From a bacterium (lineage in GTDB: Bacteria; Zhuqueibacterota; Zhuqueibacteria; Oceanimicrobiales; Oceanimicrobiaceae), in contig JBHHXN010000044.1 of assembly GCA_046757025.1 (NCBI GenBank), forward strand, positions 1 to 34,240: a stretch of 34,240 nucleotides of DNA, given 5' to 3'. Under the pieces are notes generated by a model. It was not told where the DNA came from and ran no database searches. It saw only the letters and a program-made list of their open reading frames with translations. Position numbers and translations under genes: made by a program. Positions 19,069 through 28,203 of this stretch are shown here, one piece after another. The first letter of the stretch is position 1. Every line of letters begins with the position of its first letter.

Positions 19069-19508
19069 AAGAACTGGTACAAAGCTCTTCAGGGATTGGC
19101 TGCATCAGGTGTGATGTTGCGAGATTGTTGAAACCTGGTCTTATTTGTAGCTTGATGAACACCAAACAAATGTTGCAAATAAAGCACAGCCAGAACAGAA
19201 GAGATACTATGTTTCGTGCAGCGCTTGTCACCGTCAGGCATACGATGGCAAAAGATCGAGAGCGGTAATATCCTATCAAGTGTAGGATGCTGCTCGTGTG
19301 GACGTGTGGCGCCGGCTTTTTCCGGAACAGAGCATCCATGACCAGGATCCCAGAATAAGCCAAAAGAGGTTGTACTCTAGATTGGAAATAGATACCAACA
19401 ACTGGAGGGTTACATATCAAAAAATCCTTCTCCGACGGAAACGAATGAAGGCAACGGCAGTAGTGTTTTGAACTATTTGTCGTTTCCTAAACTCAGGAGT
19501 TGCCTATT

Positions 19509-20411
19509 ATGAAAAAAATACTAGCTCTTGTTACCCTGACGCTTTGCAGCGCCATGTTAGCATTCGCACAAAGTTCCCAGAACTCGGCCGATGAAAAGAT
19601 TCGGGTCATCGCTATTGGTGCACACCCGGACGACTGCGATTCTAAGTTCGGTGGCACTGCCGCACTTTTTGCGGAAATGGGACACGCAGTCAAATTTGTA
19701 GCGGTCACCAATGGTGACGCGGGACACCAGAATGAAGGTGGAGGAGCGCTCGCCAGGCGCCGACGGGCTGAAGCCCAGGAAGCTGGACGCCGTCTGGGAA
19801 TAGACGAATATGTCACGCTGGACAACCACGATGCTGAGCTGGTACCAAGCCTGGACGTACGGCACCAGCTCATTCGGCAGATCCGTGCCTGGAATGCAGA
19901 TATCGTGCTGTCACATCGTCCAAATGACTATCATCCGGATCACCGCTACACGGGCGAGCTGGTTCAAGACGCGGCATATTTGGTCATCGTGCCGAATGTA
20001 ACGCCAGATACGCCGCCATTGAAGAAAAACCCTGTTTTTCTCTACCTTAGCGATCATTTCCAGAGGCCGAACCCCTTTCGACCCGACATCGCAGTTGCCA
20101 TTGACAAGACCATCGAAAAGAAAATCGAAGCCCTGGACGCCCATGTTTCGCAGATGTACGAATGGATACCCTGGACCTGGGGAGGGCTGGATGAAGTGCC
20201 GGAAGGTAGCTCTGATCGCAAGTTATGGTTAAAGGAACGCTGGGGCAAAAGGTCCTCTGTAACGCCGGCAGTGCGCAAGTCGCTTGCAAAATGGTATGGC
20301 GCTGAAAAAGCTCAGGATGTAAAATATGTAGAACTATTCGAAATTTGCGAGTATGGACAGCAGCCAAATGATGAGGAAATCAGGCGGCTTTTTCCCATGC
20401 TCGGTAAATAA
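19509..20411 (+). CDS. Exported PIG-L/LmbE-family de-N-acetylase
   Basis: Signal peptide ending AFA, plus IGAHPDD, TNGDAG, RRAEA and YHPDH. ATG 19509 follows AGGAG. Confidence 0.9.
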   Translation: MKKILALVTLTLCSAMLAFAQSSQNSADEKIRVIAIGAHPDDCDSKFGGTAALFAEMGHAVKFVAVTNGDAGHQNEGGGALARRRRAEAQEAGRRLGIDEYVTLDNHDAELVPSLDVRHQLIRQIRAWNADIVLSHRPNDYHPDHRYTGELVQDAAYLVIVPNVTPDTPPLKKNPVFLYLSDHFQRPNPFRPDIAVAIDKTIEKKIEALDAHVSQMYEWIPWTWGGLDEVPEGSSDRKLWLKERWGKRSSVTPAVRKSLAKWYGAEKAQDVKYVELFEICEYGQQPNDEEIRRLFPMLGK

Positions 20412-20444
20412 AATTAAAATCAAAAGTGAAACGGGTACTATTTA

Positions 20445-20695
20445 GTGATTGAACGAAAACTCACCATTTTTTCATTCTGAGGAGTCCTGCGACGGTGCTC
20501 AGAGCCTGCCCTGAGCTTTGCGAAGGGATAAATTCCACGACGGAGAATCTCATGCAACCTCATTTGCGAAAATGCAAAAGGAGTGAATTTTTGCACAGGG
20601 TTCGTTCTCTGAACAAATAGAAATCTGTAGGAAAAGATTCTTCGGTCTCCCCCGCCAAGCGGGATTCCTCAGAATGACACTTTTCGTTCAAACGC
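20445..20695. mobile_element. MITE-like element (TGAACGAAAA TIR type) with nested palindromes
   Basis: GTGATTGAACGAAAA and TTTTCGTTCAAACGC (13/15 inverted). Inner CATTCTGAGGA pairs with TCCTCAGAATG. Flanks are TATTTA and TATTGA. Confidence 0.75.
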
Positions 20696-20786
20696 TATTG
20701 ATACAAAAGTTGCACGTCTGACAACTCACTTCACACCATGAATTTTTCAATTTGAAACTAATAATATTAAATCGGAGGAACAGCCA

Positions 20787-22043
20787 ATTAGAAGAAGCTA
20801 TTTTGTTGTCGGTCTCATTTTTCTAACCTTTTTTGTTATCTCATTTCTAACGAATATCATTGGCCCACTGGTGCCGGAGATTATCGATGATTTTGAGTTA
20901 AGTTTAACGCTTGTCGCGGTTCTGCCTTTTGCGTTTTTTATCGCTTATGGAGTCATGTCGATTCCTTCGGGATTGCTCATTGAGAAATTTCAGGAAAAGC
21001 CTGTCATGCTGGCGGCCTTTGTTGTGGCATTTTTTGGCTCATTGCTCCTGGCTTTATTCCCTAATTATCTGACCGCTATTTTCTCTCTGTTTCTCATCGG
21101 TTCCGGAATGGCTATGCTGCAAGTTGCCATCAATCCTTTGTTAAGGGAGGCTGGCGGGGAGGAGCACTTCGCTTTCAATGCCACTTTGGCGCAATTGATT
21201 TTTGGCGCGGCTTCATTCATCAGTCCCCTGGTTTATTCATATCTCGTGCTTAACCTGCAAGAAGTCACCGCTGAATCGAATAGATTGATCACGACACTAT
21301 CAAAGATTGTTCCTGAAAACATCCCATGGATATCTCTTTACTGGCTTTTTGCGGTCATTTCGGTTCTAATGGTCGCAGTCATATTTATTTCAAGAATTCC
21401 CGAAGTTGAGCGCAAAGCTGAAGAACAGGTAGGCGCCTTAAAAACCCACCTGGAATTACTCAAAAACCCAACGGTCATTTTGTTTTTCCTGGGAATATTC
21501 ACTTATGTCGGACTTGAACAGGGCGTAGCAAACTGGATTTCTGAATTCCTGAACAAATACCACGGCTATGACCCGCAAACTACCGGCGCGAAAACCGTAT
21601 CCTGGTTCTGGGGTCTCATGACAATTGGCGGTATAGCGGGTATCGTATTTTTGAAATTGCTGGATAGCAAAATAGTTCTTGCTGTTTTCACGATTGGAGC
21701 AATTATTAGTCTAACTGCGGCCCTCTATTTGTCCGGACCAGTCGCCTTAATCGCTTTTCCTTTGGTTGGTTTTTTTTCATCCGTCATGTACCCCGTCATA
21801 TTTTCTCTGGCACTCAATTCAGTTAAAGAACACCACGGGAGTTTTTCAGGAATCCTGGTGACCGCCATTATTGGCGGCGCTATCGTGCCGTTAATTGTTG
21901 GAGGATTGGGAGATCGCTTTGGCCTCAGAAATGGATTGTTGTTCTTATTTTTGCCTTTGGGCTATATCCTGAGTATCGGTGTCTGGGCGAAACCTCTGAT
22001 TAAAAATGTCACGATCGAATTTCGAAAAAAGCCATCTTCCTGA
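20787..22043 (+). CDS. MFS sugar permease (FucP/GluP-like), probably with an ATT start
   Basis: LQVAINP, YVGLEQG, SVMYPVIF and AIIGGAIVP. The frame is open upstream of GTG 20871 and encodes a further TM helix beginning at ATT 20787, 8 nt after GGAGG. Confidence 0.85.
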   Translation: MRRSYFVVGLIFLTFFVISFLTNIIGPLVPEIIDDFELSLTLVAVLPFAFFIAYGVMSIPSGLLIEKFQEKPVMLAAFVVAFFGSLLLALFPNYLTAIFSLFLIGSGMAMLQVAINPLLREAGGEEHFAFNATLAQLIFGAASFISPLVYSYLVLNLQEVTAESNRLITTLSKIVPENIPWISLYWLFAVISVLMVAVIFISRIPEVERKAEEQVGALKTHLELLKNPTVILFFLGIFTYVGLEQGVANWISEFLNKYHGYDPQTTGAKTVSWFWGLMTIGGIAGIVFLKLLDSKIVLAVFTIGAIISLTAALYLSGPVALIAFPLVGFFSSVMYPVIFSLALNSVKEHHGSFSGILVTAIIGGAIVPLIVGGLGDRFGLRNGLLFLFLPLGYILSIGVWAKPLIKNVTIEFRKKPSS

Positions 22044-22126
22044 ATCCATACTGGCTGTCTCAAGGGCGTGAACAGATGAAGTGGTTTAGTCCATCATTAA
22101 GAATACCTTCTGTGGATTTGAGATAA

Positions 22127-22981
22127 ATGAAAGAGAAAAATATCGTGGGGGTAGATTTAGGTGGTACCAACGCCCGCGCAGGATTAGTGCGAAATCAGAA
22201 GCTGGCAGAGGTTTCATCAACAAAAATAGACCCACGTGCATCCGTTGATGAAATCTTGGATCAGCTCTGTGGATTAATCGATGAGACAAAGGTGAAAAAT
22301 CTTGATGGCATCGGGATAGGCGTTCCAAGCGTCGTGAATATTGAGAAAGGCATCGTTTATGATGTTCAAAATATACCGTCCTGGAAAGAAGTGCCCCTTA
22401 AGTCCATAATGGAAAAGAGGTATTCAACTCCTGTTTTTGTAAATAACGACGCCAACTGCTTTGCGCTGGGTGAAAATTATTTCGGCAAGGGAGTTGAATA
22501 TAAATCACTAATCGGACTTATATTGGGAACAGGTTTCGCCGGAGGAATCATTATCGACAACAAATTGTATGCTGGCTCGAATTGCGGCGCCGGAGAATTC
22601 GGCATGATCCCGTATCTGGACAGTATTTATGAGCACTACAGTTGCGGACAATTCTTTACCAGGAAAACCGGGCAAACCGGCGAACAGGTTTTTCAGCGAG
22701 CGGTAAATGGTGATGAGGAAGCGCTGAACATTTTTGAAGAGTTCGGTAGCCATTTGGGGAACAGCATCAAGACCATTCTTTATGCCTACGACCCCGAGAT
22801 CATAATATTGGGTGGGTCCGTTCGAAAAGCCTTTCGGTTTTTTGAAAAATCTATGTGGGAGTGTATGCAATCATTCGCATATTCGAATTCGATCAACAAT
22901 CTAAAGATCGACGTGTCAGAACTGGAGCACATAGCCATATTAGGAGCAGCCGCCCTTTATTACGACGCAGGCATGGCTTAG
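22127..22981 (+). CDS. ROK-family sugar kinase
   Basis: VGVDLGGTN, GIGIGVPS, NNDANCFALGE, LGTGFAGGII, GAGEFG and ILGAAAL. No HTH, and no Cys-rich Zn motif. Confidence 0.92.
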   Translation: MKEKNIVGVDLGGTNARAGLVRNQKLAEVSSTKIDPRASVDEILDQLCGLIDETKVKNLDGIGIGVPSVVNIEKGIVYDVQNIPSWKEVPLKSIMEKRYSTPVFVNNDANCFALGENYFGKGVEYKSLIGLILGTGFAGGIIIDNKLYAGSNCGAGEFGMIPYLDSIYEHYSCGQFFTRKTGQTGEQVFQRAVNGDEEALNIFEEFGSHLGNSIKTILYAYDPEIIILGGSVRKAFRFFEKSMWECMQSFAYSNSINNLKIDVSELEHIAILGAAALYYDAGMA

Positions 22982-23088
22982 AAGATTCGCCATTTTGTAA
23001 GTAAATGAAAATGATCGTTAAAACCGATTAGAAAAAACATAGACGGATAAAATGAAAATAGACATCTAAAATAGGCTACTTCCCCACC

Positions 23089-25722
23089 ATGAGAAAATTG
23101 ATACTGATAGTCACGATGATCCTGTTGTTTGCCGTTTTCGGCTCTATATCGGGCCAGTCACGAATACCACTTAAAGTAGAGCAACCCATTCCAGGAGCGC
23201 CTTTGACTCTGGGAATCCCCTTTCCCATCGGAGTACTGCATTCGCCTGATCACGTTCGTTTGTTAAATGAAGAGCGCAAGGAGATCCCTTCCCAAATAAC
23301 CGAGGTGACGACCTGGATGCCAGTTGATAACAGCATTAAATGGATTTGGGTGTTCTTCTTCTGTGAGGTTTCAGACCGGTATTTCCTGGAGTATGGGGCG
23401 CACGTTTCAAGGGGCGCCATGACAAGTGACAGGATTATGGTGGTCAACAATCAACGATCACGTGGTTTTATCAGGCTATCAACCGGCCCTTTGCGTTTTG
23501 TAATCAACAAGGACGGGAATGGTTTTTTAGACAAGGTTGAACTGGATAGAGCCGGAGACGGATTTGATGAAAATGACATCATAGCCGAAGGACCCGATGC
23601 CCGTGGTTCATTCCTTGATATACTTGACGACATCGGGCTTGATAAATCAAAGGCGGTAATCAAAAGGAATTGGATTGAAAAGGGTTCAGGCCCCTTGCAT
23701 TTAATAATCAGAACGGAAGGCGAATATCAATACTCTCGTGACGATAACAATCCTTCTCCATTTGTTATGAGGATTCATGCCTATGCTGGAAAATCTTATA
23801 TTCGCGTTCTGCACACGCTGACCTATACCGGCAATCCCGACAAACACAAGCCGTTTAAGGGTGAGCATGCCCTCATTGCCACCGGGTCTGAAAATATCGT
23901 TGATGAACAGAGTCTGGTTGGAGATCCAGGGTGGACTCAACCTGATGACAGAATCGCAGCAGCAGGTCTCTCACTCAACTATAAGTTATCAGGTGAATTG
24001 AACGCTGTTACCGCTTATCGGGATGGAAAATGGTGGCAGCCGGGTAGGAGAAAATTTTTCGAAACCTCGGCAACACCGCAAAAGGAGCTGTCCATATTCC
24101 AGTCCGGCCCAAAAACGACCCGAATGCCACCGGTACCCAATTCTACCGCTGAAGAAAGAATAGATGGTTTTTTTGCCCGGATGGCCTCTGATTCTGAAAC
24201 CCTATGGGAATCCTCCAAAGCGGATGGCTGGCTCGATATCTCTGACCAACGATGGGGAATCGGCGTGGGTATTCGTCACTTTTTCGAAGAATATCCCAAG
24301 GAAATCAGGCAGGATGTTGCAACAAAAGAACTAACCGCTTTTTTCTGGTCTCCGACTGCTGAACCCATGAGTTTTGCCCGGTTTTCCAGTGAGAAGGATG
24401 GCGGCATGGTCGGCAATTTTGCCCAGGGCTTAACAAAAACAACAGAACTGGTATATTACTTTCACGAAGCTGGGAATAGCCGTACTGATATCGAGAACAA
24501 AATGCGCTACTTTCTCGATCCGCCAATCGCCCATGCGCAGCCCGATTGGTATGCGAAAAGTGAAGTGTATGGTTCGTTGGCGCCACATTCGGAGAAATTT
24601 GCTGAATATGAACGAGGGCTGGATTACAAGTTTAAATGGATGCTTTTCAACCAGAAATGGGAACCCTGGTACGGTATGTTTGACTACGGGGACAGGAAAA
24701 CATACTATTTCCGCATGAATTGGTTTCTGTGGAATAATAACGAACCTGGTCAGGACTACATGCGCTGGCTGCACTTTATACGAACCGGCGACAGGGAAAT
24801 CTATCTCTCGGCCGAAGCCGCGAGTCGCCATAGTATGGATGTAGATAATATTCACTGGCCCGCAGAGCCTAAATATATTGGTGATTCCAATTACGCTCTC
24901 GATTACTGGAAGGTAAAGCAGCAACCGCAGGGTACCCCATACCTCGGCATGGGAGCCCGTGAGGGTAGGCAGCACTGGGGAACACTGTATAGCGCCCATG
25001 TCTGGAATATGGGTTGGGTCGCCTCATATTATCTGAGTGGTTATCACCGTGGATTGGAAGTCGCGAAGTTAACCGCCGAAACCTATCTGAAACATATTTG
25101 GGGGGAACACGATTTAAGGGGAAGGCGCCTGTATCTGTCTGTCTGGAATCTTGCGGAGGTTTATGATGCCACGAAGGACGAGCGATATTTGGACGAGTTA
25201 AAACAACGGGTGAACACGATGCTGCGCTTGCAGGCGTCTCAGGGTGGCAGCCTCGTGCTTGATCGCTATGGCTATGCGCAGGTCTATGTCTCACACGGGT
25301 TACGAAAATATCTACAGTTGACCGGTGAACAGAATGTTCGAGCAGCTCTTGTACGTCATGCACGATGGCTTCGCGATGTTCCGCCTCGCAACCATGGAAT
25401 GGAATCGTATCTATCGACTATTCACAGTTTACTGCTTGGATATAAATTGTCCGGTGAACCAAGCCTGTACCGAGAGGCGGTTAAAAGAGCAGAAGTCTTG
25501 AAAACGGACAAATTGCCTGAGCTTTCGCTGTTTGATGGGACACATACTCAACTTGAGCTGTTTGAGGCTCTTGAAAGTGTTGACCACATGCCTGGTGATG
25601 AGCTGAGACCAAGCCGGCGTCCCAACTGGACTCTGAATCAAGGCTCAAGGGTGTTCGGCTGGACCCATGCCTATAATGTTCCCTATTTAATTTATTGGCT
25701 TGAAAAAGAAGGAAACCAATGA
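23089..25722 (+). CDS. Exported PcRGLX/YetA-like protein (exo-rhamnogalacturonan lyase-like fold), activity unknown
   Basis: Signal peptide; PLTLGIPFP.G.L; W..DNSIKW; RIHAYAGKS.IR; FFEEYPKEI; WYGMFDYGD; WNNNE; RTGD..AEA.SRH.MDVD; QHWG. Family recognised from memory. Confidence 0.6.
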   Translation: MRKLILIVTMILLFAVFGSISGQSRIPLKVEQPIPGAPLTLGIPFPIGVLHSPDHVRLLNEERKEIPSQITEVTTWMPVDNSIKWIWVFFFCEVSDRYFLEYGAHVSRGAMTSDRIMVVNNQRSRGFIRLSTGPLRFVINKDGNGFLDKVELDRAGDGFDENDIIAEGPDARGSFLDILDDIGLDKSKAVIKRNWIEKGSGPLHLIIRTEGEYQYSRDDNNPSPFVMRIHAYAGKSYIRVLHTLTYTGNPDKHKPFKGEHALIATGSENIVDEQSLVGDPGWTQPDDRIAAAGLSLNYKLSGELNAVTAYRDGKWWQPGRRKFFETSATPQKELSIFQSGPKTTRMPPVPNSTAEERIDGFFARMASDSETLWESSKADGWLDISDQRWGIGVGIRHFFEEYPKEIRQDVATKELTAFFWSPTAEPMSFARFSSEKDGGMVGNFAQGLTKTTELVYYFHEAGNSRTDIENKMRYFLDPPIAHAQPDWYAKSEVYGSLAPHSEKFAEYERGLDYKFKWMLFNQKWEPWYGMFDYGDRKTYYFRMNWFLWNNNEPGQDYMRWLHFIRTGDREIYLSAEAASRHSMDVDNIHWPAEPKYIGDSNYALDYWKVKQQPQGTPYLGMGAREGRQHWGTLYSAHVWNMGWVASYYLSGYHRGLEVAKLTAETYLKHIWGEHDLRGRRLYLSVWNLAEVYDATKDERYLDELKQRVNTMLRLQASQGGSLVLDRYGYAQVYVSHGLRKYLQLTGEQNVRAALVRHARWLRDVPPRNHGMESYLSTIHSLLLGYKLSGEPSLYREAVKRAEVLKTDKLPELSLFDGTHTQLELFEALESVDHMPGDELRPSRRPNWTLNQGSRVFGWTHAYNVPYLIYWLEKEGNQ

Positions 25723-25913
25723 GCTGTCTTTTGCTGTGCTCGTTTGAACAAATACAATGCCGAATTTTACCAGATTGTTACGATTCATTTGAATGTTTAT
25801 TAAGTAAATTTTACAAAATTTTCAGCTAAGTAGAGCGCGCAAACGAATAATATCTCTTAGATAGGGACAATTTGGCTTGAACCGGATGCTTCTGAGGGAT
25901 TAGCCAACCAACC

Positions 25914-28055
25914 CTATTTAAGGTACCCCAGCGATTTCAACTGTTCCTCGACGTTTTGATCTATCTTCGTTTCCTTGTAAATGGTTTGATTTGTATTATA
26001 GCTGCGGATATTTTTGGTGGGATTGTTTTCAACGAATTCATCCAAAAAGACTTCCTTTAAAACATCTCCGTCAAAATCATCTGCCACTGGCAAACCCATG
26101 CCGTACAAAATGGTCGGTAGAATTTCATACATTGAAATGTTTGCGATAAATTGGCCGGATTTTTTTATCCCCGGCCCTGCAATGATAAATATGCCTTTGT
26201 CGCGATGATCTCCCAGATCCAGAGATTCCTCGGTTGCCGGTTTGGCGCGAAATCCGTGGTCGGACGTAATCACTACAATCGTTGAATCGTCGCAACGGCT
26301 GAGCAAACGACCCAAGCGCATATCGATGGCAATGAGGGTTGAGTCGACCAAATCACCGTGTTTTACCCGAGCAACATTATATGCCGGTGCATTCGCATAC
26401 TGTTCCGGCTCATGCAGCGGCCAGAAGATGTGCTGGGCGCGGTCAAAGATGGTGTAAATGGATACAAAAAATTCCCACGGTTTGCTTTTTATCAGCTTCT
26501 CCGCCACGGCATGGTGATTCTTTAAAATGGACATGTTGTGTTGTTGAAGCTGTTGATAACGAAATGGATAAATAGCCGAAGTGTTAAAACCGATACCTTC
26601 CACCAAATACGGATCCGGCAAACTATTCTCTTTCAACTGTAAAGGATACACCGCTTCCAATTGATCAATGTGTTTAAAAATCGGAGAAACATAAAACTCA
26701 ATCTCGCCAGAATTAGCCTGAGCCAGAAATATGGCAAAATAGCCTGTGTTTTTTCCTAATCGAATCGGAAGAAACGCCGACCAGTTGTTTTCGTATAAAA
26801 CCAAAGTTTTAAGCTGGTTAAATAAATCAATTTTAAACTCAACGGCATTCTGCGAATTCTGAGTGTTTTGATTTAAACGAAAAGTGATTTCTAAATCATT
26901 ATAAAACCACCTGAAAATATTTTTTAATACTTTTTCAAAAAAGTAGTTTGGCAGATTGAATCTAGTTGCAAAGGTCGCAGACGAAAATGCATTAAGATAT
27001 TCATCATCAAACTGCAAAGGGATGGCAACGGTACGAACCCCCCCCCTCGCAGTTTCCTCGGCAGCCGGTATGGGAATAATTGGGGCGGTCTTTTTCGAAG
27101 CTCGATGGAGCAAGGCATCATAGATTGTCTTTGTCGCTTCACGGTTGGTCACCACCCAGCCGCTGACATTGCCAAGCGTGGTGGGAAGCGGAAAACCCGA
27201 GACGCCGCCATGTTCGACTTGCTCCATTGGATATGTTCCGGGAATATTGCTAATCCACCCTTTCAAACCGTAGCCGTTCAGGATATTCCACAATGAGCGG
27301 GCTTTGCGGTTATAGGAAAATGAATGGCGCCAATCCGTGATACCGTGTCGCCGGGGCGTTAAACCGGTAAAAATCGAAGTCCAAAGCATGGGCGATTCAT
27401 ACTGCAAATCGGTGACACAATTTGCAGAAATGCCCTTTTTCATCAAGCTTGCAATATTTGGCAGCAGGCCCTTTTCAATTAGTGGCAAAATCACGTTCCA
27501 ATCGGCCCCATCAATGCCAATAACAGCGATTTTATGGCCGTTCCATTCTACCTCTGAGTACTCTTCGACTCTATTAAATGGCTGGTTCAAATTGCCATGA
27601 TCATAAACAAACGAATTAGATAAAAAGTAATTGACCGGAAAGCACAATCCAAAAACAGCTAAAATTAGCAGACGCGTTTTTTTTGAATGAAAAATTTTCT
27701 CTTGCAATCGCGCTAGAAAAAATCCCAGGAAGACAAATATTATCCATAAACCGAAGATTAGGAACAAATCTGTGGACATTGTTTTCAGAGGGATTTTGTA
27801 ATCGATGTGATTTAATAAAATGGGATAAAGCAACCAGCCCGAAATCAAAATGCTAACCAGGTAGAATTTATTTAAATTGAAATATCGTTGAATTAACCAG
27901 GTAACAATCAAAGCGCTGAAAAACTGGCTGGCGGTCCAAATAATCATCACCAAGACAGCCAATTTCGTAAGTGATGGTGGAAAATAAAAAGCGGACCAAA
28001 ATATCCCAACAAGCAAACACATGGCCACAAGAAAATACGTATCATTTTTTTTCAC
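25914..28055 (-). CDS. Membrane-anchored alkaline-phosphatase-superfamily phosphodiesterase/nucleotide pyrophosphatase-like protein
   Basis: About 5 N-terminal TM helices, then IGIDGADW, SPMLWTSIFTG..P..HGI, DRAQH.FW, SDHGF, GDH...GIFI.AGP and EQLKSLGYL. GTG start after GGAG. Confidence 0.85.
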   Translation of the reverse strand: MKKNDTYFLVAMCLLVGIFWSAFYFPPSLTKLAVLVMIIWTASQFFSALIVTWLIQRYFNLNKFYLVSILISGWLLYPILLNHIDYKIPLKTMSTDLFLIFGLWIIFVFLGFFLARLQEKIFHSKKTRLLILAVFGLCFPVNYFLSNSFVYDHGNLNQPFNRVEEYSEVEWNGHKIAVIGIDGADWNVILPLIEKGLLPNIASLMKKGISANCVTDLQYESPMLWTSIFTGLTPRRHGITDWRHSFSYNRKARSLWNILNGYGLKGWISNIPGTYPMEQVEHGGVSGFPLPTTLGNVSGWVVTNREATKTIYDALLHRASKKTAPIIPIPAAEETARGGVRTVAIPLQFDDEYLNAFSSATFATRFNLPNYFFEKVLKNIFRWFYNDLEITFRLNQNTQNSQNAVEFKIDLFNQLKTLVLYENNWSAFLPIRLGKNTGYFAIFLAQANSGEIEFYVSPIFKHIDQLEAVYPLQLKENSLPDPYLVEGIGFNTSAIYPFRYQQLQQHNMSILKNHHAVAEKLIKSKPWEFFVSIYTIFDRAQHIFWPLHEPEQYANAPAYNVARVKHGDLVDSTLIAIDMRLGRLLSRCDDSTIVVITSDHGFRAKPATEESLDLGDHRDKGIFIIAGPGIKKSGQFIANISMYEILPTILYGMGLPVADDFDGDVLKEVFLDEFVENNPTKNIRSYNTNQTIYKETKIDQNVEEQLKSLGYLK

Positions 28056-28112
28056 AGATGCGTCTCCAGGTTGCTAAGATACGATGATGAATTGAAAAGC
28101 CAACAAAGTCTG

Positions 28113-28137
28113 AAAAATCCGTCAGATACTAACAGAC
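28113..28137 (-). terminator. Possible intrinsic terminator after the large secreted protein gene
   Basis: Minus strand TCTGTTAG-tat-CTGACGGA (8 bp including G-U pairs) followed by TTTTT. Confidence 0.4.
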
Positions 28138-28203
28138 GAATAGAAAATCCTACGGAATTGAATGTATCAATTTTTTATTAAGGTATTTAATCGAATGGCC
28201 GCC

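Noticed and set aside
18800..19420. 206-aa minus-strand ORF
   Set aside because: It overlaps the susD 3' end antisense, has a TTG start without a clear RBS, and matches no family I recognise.
22560..22660. ROK kinase lacking the Cys-rich zinc motif as a pseudogene sign
   Set aside because: The frame and ATP/sugar motifs are intact, and Zn-less ROK kinases are known.
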